From assembly GCA_037146775.1 (NCBI GenBank), contig JBAWWL010000005.1, forward strand, positions 102,241-166,240: 64,000 nt of DNA. The letters run 5' to 3'. The position numbers and the translations under genes are program-made. Below the pieces are notes generated by a model. That model did not search any database, was not told the DNA's origin, and was given only the letters and a program-made list of their open reading frames with translations. Shown here one piece after another: positions 38,340 through 47,486 of the stretch. The stretch comes from Candidatus Omnitrophota bacterium. Lineage in GTDB: Bacteria > Omnitrophota > Gorgyraeia > Duberdicusellales > 4484-171. How positions within the stretch are numbered: the first letter of the stretch is position 1; every line of letters begins with the position of its first letter.

Positions 38340-38897
38340 ATGGATAAGAAGAAAATTCAAAAGGGTGTAACGTTAATATTGGAAGCGGTCGGCGCGGATT
38401 TGGGAAAAAAAGATATTGGGACCACTCCGCAGCGTGTCGCTGAAATGTACGAAGAAATACTGGCCGGGCAATTTAGCAGCGCGGAAGATGAGTTGGAAGT
38501 AGTGTTGGAACAGAAGCATGACGAAATAATCCTGCTTAAAGATATACCGCTTTATTCGCTGTGTGAGCACCATCTTCTCCCTTTTATGGGTAAAGCGCAT
38601 GTTGCTTATATTCCTGATGAGCGTATAACCGGTTTAAGTAAAATTGCCAGGGTAGTGGACGTGCTTTCCAAGCGTTTACAGGTTCAGGAGCGGCTTACCA
38701 CCGAAATTGCCGACGTGATCATGAAAAAACTTAAGCCCAAAGGGGTTATGGTAGTTATAGAAGCGGAACATTTGTGTATGTCTATGCGGGGAGTGAAAAA
38801 ACCAGGAACGCTGACTACTACTTCTGTGGTCAGGGGGGTATTTCGAACCAATCAAAAAACTCGCCAGGAAACTTTAAGTTTAATCAGCACGCGCTGA
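38340..38897 (+). CDS. folE: GTP cyclohydrolase I
   Basis: '[11 protein letters not shown]...[19 protein letters not shown]...' shows the FolE catalytic motifs. Confidence 0.9.
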   Translation: MDKKKIQKGVTLILEAVGADLGKKDIGTTPQRVAEMYEEILAGQFSSAEDELEVVLEQKHDEIILLKDIPLYSLCEHHLLPFMGKAHVAYIPDERITGLSKIARVVDVLSKRLQVQERLTTEIADVIMKKLKPKGVMVVIEAEHLCMSMRGVKKPGTLTTTSVVRGVFRTNQKTRQETLSLISTR

Positions 38898-38910
38898 TAC
38901 GAGTATCGCT

Positions 38911-40863
38911 TTAGCCGTTTTCTTCAACAAACATTTCTTCGTATACTTCCGGAGGCAGTTCGTGAAAAAACATTGATGGCCGGGAGATAACCAGTCCATT
39001 TTTGAAGGTATATTTTGTTTCCGGATAGGTAATGTAGAGAAACGTTTTTGCCCTCGTCGTTGCGACATAGAAGAGCCGGCGTTCTTCTTCCAGGGCGCTT
39101 GCAGACGCAAGTGCTTTTGGGTGCGGGAACTCATAATCGTTAAAACCGATAATAAAAACTCCCGTCCATTCTAAACCCTTCGCTTGGTGAATAGTAGAGA
39201 GCGTTACGTAGTCATTATTTCCTGGTGCGGAAACCATGGTTTCTCCCTTGAAATTTTCAAACGAACCGAATTCAGCAAGGAACCGCTTGACTGTAGGATA
39301 ATCGGAAGCCATTTTGGCTAACTCTTCCAGGTCAAGAATTCTGTCGTCCGCGTTATCAAAGGTAAGATAGCAGTAATCTTTGTAGAAGGTAAGCACCTTA
39401 CTGATTGTGTCTAGGGGTGAGGAGATTGCTTTTAATTTTTCCATCAGGGAGAAAAATTCACGGCATCCCTGGCGTTGTTTCTGCGGCAAATTCTTTTCGA
39501 GTTGTACGATTCCCAGCCCTTCTTCGGTCAGGCCCTTCCATATTTTATTCGCGTAGCTTCGGCCGATTCCTTTATAGAGCGAGATTGCGCGCTTAAAAGA
39601 GAGTTCATCGCGGGGATTGCTGATAAGTTTAAGATAAGACAAGACATCTTTAATGTGGGCCTGTTCAAAAAAGCGTACGCCTCCGCGCACGATATAGGCG
39701 ATATCTCTTTTTAACAATTCGATTTCTATCTCCAGCACCTGAAAATGAGAGCGGAACAACACCGCGATCTCTTTTAAGGGTATCCCCAGCTCGGATAACT
39801 CCATTATCCGTTGCGCCACAAATTTTGCCTGTAAATATACATCTTTTGTTTTTATGACCAGAGGAATATCGGCAGGCTCTTTAATGGCCTTGAGCGTTTT
39901 AGGAAACTGTTTTGTGTTGTGGGTAATAATTTTGTTAGCTAGCGCAAGTATTTCCGGTGATGAGCGGTAGTTGGTTTCCAGCTTAAAAATTTTTGCTCCC
40001 TCAAAAACCTTCGGAAAGTCTAAAAGATTATTGATTTCTGCTCCCCGAAAAGAATAGATTGATTGCGCGTCATCTCCGACCGCAAGAATATTCTTATGTA
40101 CGAACGAGAGTTTTTTGAGAATCTCAAACTGAATGCGGTTAGTGTCTTGATATTCGTCGACCAGGATGTAGTGGAATCCTTCAGCATATTTCTTGCATAG
40201 TTCTTCATTCTTGAGAACCTTAAGCCAGTTGCTCAAGAGGTCGTTAAAGTCCATAGTGTTTGTTTCTTTCTTCTTGCGCTCAAAATAATGTAGCACTCGT
40301 TTGATCTGAAAAAGATGTTCTTCGATGTGGGGATAGAATTTCAACACAACCTCTTCGATTTCTTTTTGTGAATTTACTGCTAAATCCCATACACTCGAAA
40401 TAACATCTTTTTTCGGAAACAAAGCCTGTTTTCCCGCCAGCCCCAGCTCCTCAAGGCAATCTTCGATAAGATCCTTGGTATCTTCCTTATCAATGATAGT
40501 AAAGTTGGGGGCGTAGCCGAGCGCCTCGGATTCTTTACGTAGAATCATATTACCTACATGATGAAATGTTCCGGCCCATATTCCCTTGAGGGTTGATTGC
40601 AAAAGGTTTTCTGCGCGTTGCATCATTTCTTTGGCTGCTTTATTTGTAAAGGTGACGAGCAGTATCTGTTCCGGCCGCACCCCCCTTTCGAGAAGATACG
40701 CCAACCGGTAAATTAATACCCGCGTTTTCCCGCTGCCTGCCCCGGCTAATACCAGCGAAGGCCCATCGGTTTCCTGTACCGCTTGCAGCTGTTGCGGGTT
40801 GAGGCTTTCGGTGTAATTAATACTTGTAGGCAGAGCAAAATGGTTTAATTTATAGCTTTTCAT
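38911..40863 (-). CDS. pcrA: ATP-dependent DNA helicase PcrA/UvrD family
   Basis: Motif I 'LAGAGSGKTRVL', motif II 'ILVDEYQDTN', and the remaining SF1 motifs through the 650 aa length. Confidence 0.9.
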   Translation of the reverse strand: MKSYKLNHFALPTSINYTESLNPQQLQAVQETDGPSLVLAGAGSGKTRVLIYRLAYLLERGVRPEQILLVTFTNKAAKEMMQRAENLLQSTLKGIWAGTFHHVGNMILRKESEALGYAPNFTIIDKEDTKDLIEDCLEELGLAGKQALFPKKDVISSVWDLAVNSQKEIEEVVLKFYPHIEEHLFQIKRVLHYFERKKKETNTMDFNDLLSNWLKVLKNEELCKKYAEGFHYILVDEYQDTNRIQFEILKKLSFVHKNILAVGDDAQSIYSFRGAEINNLLDFPKVFEGAKIFKLETNYRSSPEILALANKIITHNTKQFPKTLKAIKEPADIPLVIKTKDVYLQAKFVAQRIMELSELGIPLKEIAVLFRSHFQVLEIEIELLKRDIAYIVRGGVRFFEQAHIKDVLSYLKLISNPRDELSFKRAISLYKGIGRSYANKIWKGLTEEGLGIVQLEKNLPQKQRQGCREFFSLMEKLKAISSPLDTISKVLTFYKDYCYLTFDNADDRILDLEELAKMASDYPTVKRFLAEFGSFENFKGETMVSAPGNNDYVTLSTIHQAKGLEWTGVFIIGFNDYEFPHPKALASASALEEERRLFYVATTRAKTFLYITYPETKYTFKNGLVISRPSMFFHELPPEVYEEMFVEENG

Positions 40864-40998
40864 ACCGATTTATCTTATCAGAGATTTTCAAAAAATCCAG
40901 AAACCTTTGTCATTAAGTGGATAAAAAATTTGTTTTAAGATTTCCTCAATGATATAATAAACAACTAATGAAAAACCTCAAACTTATTCAGGAAACTC

Positions 40999-42213
40999 AT
41001 GGTATTTAATATTATTCTTTTCGTCATTCTTATTTCGCTTTCTGCTTTCTTTTCGCTTTCGGAAACGGCAATTTTTTCTTTAAGTAACCTTAAACTGCAC
41101 CGTCTGCAAGAACATTATATGCAGGGAAAAATGGTCAGGCGTCTCCTGCAAAGGCCGACCCGCATGCTTTCTACCATTAACTTCGGCAATATGTTGGTCA
41201 ATATCGGCGTTTCATCGCTTTTTACTACCTTTTTTGTATCGCTCATCGGCGATGAGGGGTTGATTGTGGCAATTTTTGTCAGCGGCATATGCATTCTTTT
41301 TTTAGGGGAAGTATTTCCCAAAACATTTGCGATCTACATGGCCGAACCGCTGTCTCTTGCGTGCGCACCTTTATTGAGTTTCTTTTCGAAACTTTTTTTA
41401 CCGTTCGTGTACCTTATCGAAAAGATAGTTGCTCTCATATCTTCAATGCTTATCCGCCAGCCAAAAAAAGTTTCGTTTACCTTTGAAGAGCTTAAAACCG
41501 CCTTTCTTTTGAGCAGGCATGACGGTCAGATCAGCGCCGGAGAAGAAAAACTTGGCATGAGTGTTTTGGAATTCAAGGATACCTGGGTGAGCCAAATTCT
41601 GAACCCGCGTATCGATATCTATGGTGTTGATTCAAAACTGTCGCAGGAAGAAGTCTTACGGATCTTACGTGAAAAAAAACACTCAAAATTTCCTATATAC
41701 GAAGGTTCCCTGGATAATATTACCGGCATACTCTATGCGAAGGACATATTCGTCAACCCGCATACTGATTATCATACGCTTTTGCATGTGCCTTTATTTA
41801 TACCGGAAAGCAAAAAAATAGACGAGGCATTGAAGCTTTTTCTGGAGAAGAACGAACGTATCGCTATTGTGGTAGACGAATACGGCGGTACACAAGGGCT
41901 TGTCACTTTTGAGGATATTGTGGAAGAGATATTCGGCGAGATCTACGATGAGTTTGAAACGCCCCGTGAAGCCATAGAAAAGATCGATGAGGTTACCTAT
42001 CGATTCGGAGGCCGCGTGCCGGTAAAAAAAATTAATTTAGATTTACGCCTCCAGTTGCCCGAAGAGCAAGATACGGTCGCCGGATTTTTACTGTCGCGCA
42101 TGGATAAGATTCCGCATCCCCAGGATATATTTTATTTTAATAATTTGGAGTTTCTGATTGAGCGTTCGTCGGCAAAACGGATTATCAGCGTTATTTTAAA
42201 AATAAAACGATGA
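40999..42213 (+). CDS. CNNM/HlyC-CorC family transporter (DUF21 + CBS pair + CorC_HlyC)
   Basis: N-terminal DUF21 TM domain 'FSLSETAIFSLS', a CBS pair and a C-terminal transporter-associated domain. Confidence 0.8.
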   Translation: MVFNIILFVILISLSAFFSLSETAIFSLSNLKLHRLQEHYMQGKMVRRLLQRPTRMLSTINFGNMLVNIGVSSLFTTFFVSLIGDEGLIVAIFVSGICILFLGEVFPKTFAIYMAEPLSLACAPLLSFFSKLFLPFVYLIEKIVALISSMLIRQPKKVSFTFEELKTAFLLSRHDGQISAGEEKLGMSVLEFKDTWVSQILNPRIDIYGVDSKLSQEEVLRILREKKHSKFPIYEGSLDNITGILYAKDIFVNPHTDYHTLLHVPLFIPESKKIDEALKLFLEKNERIAIVVDEYGGTQGLVTFEDIVEEIFGEIYDEFETPREAIEKIDEVTYRFGGRVPVKKINLDLRLQLPEEQDTVAGFLLSRMDKIPHPQDIFYFNNLEFLIERSSAKRIISVILKIKR

Positions 42214-43169
42214 CGTATCTTTATCTTTTCGGATGTGTGGCGTTTATGGTGTTGCAGGGTTTTTTTGCCGCCATAGAAATCAGCGTGATATCTTCAAGTA
42301 TGTTGAAATTACGCCATCGCCAGGGCAAAGGCGATGCCCGCGCCACGAAAATATACCGGTTGTTAGAAGAGCCAGAAAGATTCCTGGCTACCATCTTGGT
42401 GGGCATTAATTTATCGCTCGTACTAAGTTCTTGCTTTCTTACGTTTGCCCTGATTCATGCGGGGCTGCACAAAAGTAACTTTTGGGCTACGGCTTTTTTT
42501 ACTCCGCTGGTCGTGATATTCAGCGAACTTATTCCGAAAAATATCGGCCGTCATTTCAAAGAAGAGTTTTGTTACATGACAATAGGAATGTTTAGCTTCT
42601 TTGAGGCGCTGCTTTCGCCGGTCGTCAGCAGCATCGAGAAGATGAGTAAATTTTTGATGCGTATATTCATCGGCAACGTGCGCAAGCGTTCTTTGTTTGT
42701 GACGAAAGAAGAGCTTAAGCATTTGTTGAAAGAGATAGAAGAAACCGGTGGCATCGATAAAGGGGAGAAAGCGGCGATAGAAGAATTATTTGCCTGGGAA
42801 AGTAAAAAGATAAAAGCCGCCGCCGTTTCTTTGGAAAAAGTAGTGACTGTTGACTACGCCGATTCGCCGCAGCGTGTTACCGAGGTTATTCAAAAATACA
42901 ATTTTACCCGCTACCCGGTTTTCAAGCAGAAAGAGATTATCGGCTACCTGAATGCATTCGACCTCTTCTATAATCCCGACAAAAACTGGCAGGCGTTTAT
43001 ACGGCCGCTCACGATTGTGGGAGCGAACCAGAAGCTTTACGAAGTTTTTACTACCCTCAAGGCAAAAAAAGAAAATATTGCGCTGGTACTTGAGGGAACC
43101 ACGGTCTATGGAATGGTGACGCTGCAGGATGTGGGTAGAGAAATTATCGCTTCGCTTATAAAAATTTAA
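42210..43169 (+). CDS. DUF21-CBS domain membrane protein (CNNM-like, lacks CorC C-domain)
   Basis: DUF21-like N-terminus 'FAAIEISVISSS' plus a CBS pair. Start overlaps the upstream stop (ATGA). Confidence 0.7.
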   Translation: MTYLYLFGCVAFMVLQGFFAAIEISVISSSMLKLRHRQGKGDARATKIYRLLEEPERFLATILVGINLSLVLSSCFLTFALIHAGLHKSNFWATAFFTPLVVIFSELIPKNIGRHFKEEFCYMTIGMFSFFEALLSPVVSSIEKMSKFLMRIFIGNVRKRSLFVTKEELKHLLKEIEETGGIDKGEKAAIEELFAWESKKIKAAAVSLEKVVTVDYADSPQRVTEVIQKYNFTRYPVFKQKEIIGYLNAFDLFYNPDKNWQAFIRPLTIVGANQKLYEVFTTLKAKKENIALVLEGTTVYGMVTLQDVGREIIASLIKI

Positions 43170-43263
43170 TTTCTTCGCAGAAACCACCGGACCTTGGAAT
43201 CCGGGAATGTGCACGGGACATTATCTGTTTCGGGCAGAGACAACAGAAAAGAAACCCCAAGCT

Positions 43264-43869
43264 TTACTTTTGCAGCAGTTTTTTTAACTCTTCCGCTCCG
43301 ATACAGTGGATACCTAATTTGTGTGCCCAAGAGACGAGGCCGTTATCCGAGGTGGCCAAGAGCGCGTCTAATTCTTTGGCAAGTAGCAGTAAATCAAAAT
43401 CTTCCTTGCTGTCGACGATGCCCTCGCGCAATGCGGTACGGTATTCTTCCCGCAAACGCTTGATGATTTCTTCATCTTCCCTTATCTTGTCACCGGACGG
43501 TTTCGCTTGGCCGAGGCTTTCTTTTAGTTCTCTACGGGCATATTTTTCGGCGATTCGCAAGCCCTTGTTGACCCGTAAGCGAAATTCTTCGATAAATTCA
43601 TAAAGAAAGATAGAAGGGATTTGCGTTTGATATGAAGCTGGAGGTTTTTTATTGATGAAAATAGTTTCTTCCAGCGAAGGCTTTGTGTCGATAAATTTAA
43701 GCATTTCCTCGTAGACAGAAGGAGGCATGTAGCAGAGAACATTTTGTTTCTCTTTTAACTGAGCAAGTATTGTGCGCAGCGCGCTTTCGGGAGCATCTCC
43801 AAAAAAAACACGCGAATCGGGATTTACCACCATACTTGTGTCAATAACCACGCGTATTTCTTTTTCCAT
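43264..43869 (-). CDS. PIN-domain-like putative nuclease
   Basis: N-terminal 'RVVIDTSMVV' (beta1-Asp) and a C-terminal 'LLATSDNGL' (T-x-D) arrangement, as in PIN domains. About 200 aa. Confidence 0.45.
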   Translation of the reverse strand: MEKEIRVVIDTSMVVNPDSRVFFGDAPESALRTILAQLKEKQNVLCYMPPSVYEEMLKFIDTKPSLEETIFINKKPPASYQTQIPSIFLYEFIEEFRLRVNKGLRIAEKYARRELKESLGQAKPSGDKIREDEEIIKRLREEYRTALREGIVDSKEDFDLLLLAKELDALLATSDNGLVSWAHKLGIHCIGAEELKKLLQK

Positions 43870-44021
43870 AATTTATATTGTAACGTAAAATACGCCAGAG
43901 CGGAAGGAAAAGTTTTCAGTGCGCGTAAATATGCGCGGCAAACGGGAATATTTTTAAAAAAAATCTTGATTTAGTCGGTATATGTTGTTAAACTTATTAT
44001 TGTAAAGAAGGAGGTAACATA

Positions 44022-44918
44022 ATGAAGAATATACTAAAGGGTTTTTTGGTCATTATTTTTGTTTTTGGGCTAGCCGCATGCGATAAGATTTTCCCTCCCA
44101 AAGATACCGGAAGCGCAGAAAAGGAAACATTAAAGATAAAGGGGCCGCTTCTGGCGCGAGTCAATGAGTGGGTGATTGGTGTCGACGATTTTAAGAATTA
44201 CTTAAACAGTCTTGAACCGTTGGCCAAAAAGACCGGGCTGGACATAAACAGTTCGGAATTTAAAACCAGATTTTTAAGTGATTTGATCAAGGCGCAAATA
44301 CTTGCGCAGATTGCGGTAGATCGCGGCCTTGACAAAGATCCGGATGTTCTCAGGGCTTTACGTGATACCCGCGATACACTTTTAGCCGCGAAAGTAAGGG
44401 ATGATTTGGAGAAGAGGACAGGCGTTTCCTATGCGCAGATACAGGCATTTTACGAGAAGAACAAGAAACTAATCACTAAACCACAGGAAATAAAAATAAG
44501 AGAGATTGCGGTAAACAGCGAAAGTCAGGGGAAAGAGATAAATATCAGAATTTTGCAGGGAGAAAGTTTTGATACGCTCGCCAGGCAATACTCAATTTTA
44601 CCTTCAAAAGATAATGGCGGCGATCGAGGTTGGGTAAGTCCTACGCCAAAGGATATTGAGAACAGCAGAAAATATTGGACCGCCTTGGCGACGCTTGATA
44701 AAGGCAACGTTTCTAATGTGTTCAAGGCAGATGACGGCAATTATTATATTGTTAAGGTGGAAGATGTGCGCGGCGGGCAGGAAGTTCCTCTCGCGGATAT
44801 CGAGAAAGATTTAGAAAAAGCTTTAAAAGCCGAACAGATAGAAACAGAGGAAAACAAGCTTATCGAGAAATTCAAAGGAAAAAACAGAATAGAGAAGAAC
44901 GAAGACTTGATAAGATAG
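44022..44918 (+). CDS. Lipoprotein peptidyl-prolyl isomerase, parvulin (PpiC/PrsA/SurA-like)
   Basis: Lipobox 'VFGLAAC'. A SurA-like N-terminal chaperone region, then a parvulin domain 'SILPSKDNGGDRGWVSP'. Confidence 0.7.
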   Translation: MKNILKGFLVIIFVFGLAACDKIFPPKDTGSAEKETLKIKGPLLARVNEWVIGVDDFKNYLNSLEPLAKKTGLDINSSEFKTRFLSDLIKAQILAQIAVDRGLDKDPDVLRALRDTRDTLLAAKVRDDLEKRTGVSYAQIQAFYEKNKKLITKPQEIKIREIAVNSESQGKEINIRILQGESFDTLARQYSILPSKDNGGDRGWVSPTPKDIENSRKYWTALATLDKGNVSNVFKADDGNYYIVKVEDVRGGQEVPLADIEKDLEKALKAEQIETEENKLIEKFKGKNRIEKNEDLIR

Positions 44919-45010
44919 TTTCTTTACGTCTTGAGTTGACCTGTGGTCCGAGTTCGCTTACGTTTGCGCCAATGAGTATCTTCCCGATGGATCGATAAAA
45001 AAGGAGAAAC

Positions 45011-45814
45011 ATGGATAAGCGAATGATAAATTTGATTATCGGCGTGTGTTTTGCGCTTATCGCGATATTTTTAATTCATCGGCAGATGATGCAGAATGAG
45101 GCGCGCATCCAAGAGCTTATTCGCCAGGGTCAAATCGTTGAAGTGGTGATAGCTAAGGATGATATTGCCAAAGAGACGACTATCACCGCCGACATGGTTA
45201 AACTTGAAAGAGTTGCTTCTAAGTCGTTGCAGCCCGGAGATCTTACTTCCCTGGATTCGGTTATAGGAAAGTTTGCGGTCGTAGATATTCTTAAGGGCCA
45301 GCACATTAATAGTGATATGGTAAAACCGCTGTTAAGCGTGCGTTTCCTTTCCGAACGAATCCCTCCCGGTATGCGCGCTATCACTATCACTGTTGATAAG
45401 CTTTCTGCTATCGAAGGCCTGATAAAACCGGAAGACAAGGTCGATATTATAGGGACATTTACGTTCCCTGGCGGCGGTTCGCCCGTCATTATCACGCTTT
45501 TGCAGGGAGTAAAAGTACTTGCCACCAATAAAAATATTTCTCCGTATCGCGCTGAAGGTAAAGCGGATACCATTACTTTGGCGTTAAAGCCGGATGATAT
45601 CAAGATGCTTGCTTATTCCATTGAGATCGGTAAAGTTAGAATGGTATTACGTACGCCGCTTGATACATCCGAGGAGTATGAATATTCTGCGCTTACCTTT
45701 GAAGGGCTTTTGAATAAAATAGGCATGATGCAGAAACCAGTACAGCAGTCTAAGCCACCGACGATAGAAGTGTATAAAGGTTCAAAACAGGAAGAAGTCC
45801 CGGTTATTAAATAA
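45011..45814 (+). CDS. cpaB: Flp pilus assembly protein CpaB/RcpC
   Basis: N-terminal TM helix, a SAF domain ('IVEVVIAKDDIAKETTITADMVKLERV'), then a beta-rich C-domain. Confidence 0.8.
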   Translation: MDKRMINLIIGVCFALIAIFLIHRQMMQNEARIQELIRQGQIVEVVIAKDDIAKETTITADMVKLERVASKSLQPGDLTSLDSVIGKFAVVDILKGQHINSDMVKPLLSVRFLSERIPPGMRAITITVDKLSAIEGLIKPEDKVDIIGTFTFPGGGSPVIITLLQGVKVLATNKNISPYRAEGKADTITLALKPDDIKMLAYSIEIGKVRMVLRTPLDTSEEYEYSALTFEGLLNKIGMMQKPVQQSKPPTIEVYKGSKQEEVPVIK

Positions 45815-45826
45815 CGAGGGAGGAAA

Positions 45827-47431
45827 TTGATGGTTAAACGGCTCGTTGCGGCAATGGGTGTTTGTTTCCTCTGTTTTAGCTGCGCCACTATTTTTTCGCA
45901 AAATATTTTGGATAAATATGACGAAGAGGTTACACTTATCGTCGGCGAAGCCTACGTTATTCCCGTTGCATCCCCTCAGCGTGTCTCTATGCGCAATCCT
46001 GACGTTTCTGATATCGGCAAAGTGAGCGATACGGAAATAGTAATAGTGGCGAAACAGGCCGGAGATACCGCCCTGACGGTATGGGATAAGGAAGGCGAAA
46101 AAGTATTTTATATTACGGTATATGCGCACGATGTAGACCGGATATTCAAGCGCCTGGAAAAACTTATCCGTAAAGATCTGAAAATACCCAATGTGGTGCT
46201 GAAAAAGAATCAAGCGAGCGGTACGGTTATTATAACCGGCGATGTTACCTCCCTCGACAAAGAGCAGATAGATAAAATATTGGAGCCGTTTAAGGAGAAG
46301 GTGGAAAATATTCTCACCGTCAAGAAAGAAACCAAGATGGTTGAGATAGAAGCGCGTATTTTAGAAATAAATAAAACCGAGCTCGATAAATTAGGTGTGC
46401 AATGGATGGAATATATTCAAATACGGCAAGAGCCTTACAAGGCTCCCTCGGCAGATCAAGGCGTTACCACAACGCTAGATCGGCGTAGTGCCTCGGCTAA
46501 TGGGTTTTGGGGTTTTGGAAAATTTTCAAAAGATGCAATCACCGCAAAAATTAATTTACTCATTACCTCGGGGAAAGGAAAAGAATTATCGCGGCCGAAA
46601 CTTTTGTGTTTAAGCGGCGAGGAGGCTAAACTTACCGTTGGCGGCGAGGTACCTTATTTAAGCAGCTCCACCGCTTCTGCGGTAGGTACCACAATCAGTA
46701 TCGCTTACAAAGAATACGGTGTGATTTTAAAAATGCGGCCGATAGTTTCTCTTGATAGCAAAAAAATATTCGCTTCTTTAAGGGCAGAAGTAAGCGCGCT
46801 TGACTGGGAAAACGGCGTAGTGGTTTCCGGCATAAAAATTCCGGCATTCGCTACCCGCGTTGCGGAAACCGTTGTAAATTTACAGTCAGGAGATACTGTT
46901 TTTATCGCAGGCCTTATTAAGAGCAAAGATTCCGAAGGCCTTCAGAAATTTCCTGCATTAGGTAACTTACCTGTTATAGGCAACCTTTTTAGATCAAAAG
47001 AATTTCAGAATAACCAGACGGAACTGGTGATTTCTCTCACGCCCAAGGTCGTGCAGCCGGACGAGAAAGAGGACCTTATGGAAACGACGGAAATTGCCGA
47101 CAAGAAAATTATGGATGTTTACAGCGGTATTATTCCCTCGCAGTTACAGGGTTATATCGTAGAGATTGAAAAAATGATTTCCGGCAACCTTTCTTACCCG
47201 GCATCGCTGATGAATACCGGTTGGGAAGGAATGGTGGTATTGCAGTTGGACATTTTTCATACCGGAGACATAAAGAATGTTAAGGTGTCCAAAACATCCG
47301 GGCACCGTATTTTTGATTCGGACGCAATAAAATTGGTAAAGAGCCTGTCTTTTCCTCCTTTCCCTCCAGATGTCGGCGTTGAGGAATTGAATATAGAAAT
47401 TCCTATAGTGTATCGAGAGAGAAATAAATAG
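45827..47431 (+). CDS. cpaC: Tad secretin CpaC/RcpA with C-terminal TonB-like (TonB_C) domain
   Basis: Secretin core '...GGEVPYLSS...PALGNLPVIGNLFRSKEFQNNQTELVISLTPKVV'. An extra C-terminal approximately 100 aa, 'YPASLMNTGWEGMVVLQLDIFHTGDIKNVKVSKTSGHRIFDSDAIKLVKSLSFPPFP', resembles TonB_C. Confidence 0.8.
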   Translation: MMVKRLVAAMGVCFLCFSCATIFSQNILDKYDEEVTLIVGEAYVIPVASPQRVSMRNPDVSDIGKVSDTEIVIVAKQAGDTALTVWDKEGEKVFYITVYAHDVDRIFKRLEKLIRKDLKIPNVVLKKNQASGTVIITGDVTSLDKEQIDKILEPFKEKVENILTVKKETKMVEIEARILEINKTELDKLGVQWMEYIQIRQEPYKAPSADQGVTTTLDRRSASANGFWGFGKFSKDAITAKINLLITSGKGKELSRPKLLCLSGEEAKLTVGGEVPYLSSSTASAVGTTISIAYKEYGVILKMRPIVSLDSKKIFASLRAEVSALDWENGVVVSGIKIPAFATRVAETVVNLQSGDTVFIAGLIKSKDSEGLQKFPALGNLPVIGNLFRSKEFQNNQTELVISLTPKVVQPDEKEDLMETTEIADKKIMDVYSGIIPSQLQGYIVEIEKMISGNLSYPASLMNTGWEGMVVLQLDIFHTGDIKNVKVSKTSGHRIFDSDAIKLVKSLSFPPFPPDVGVEELNIEIPIVYRERNK

Positions 47432-47486
47432 TAGAACAACATTCTTTTTGTTCGGCCGCTATACTTGAAAAAATAATACTGATCAC

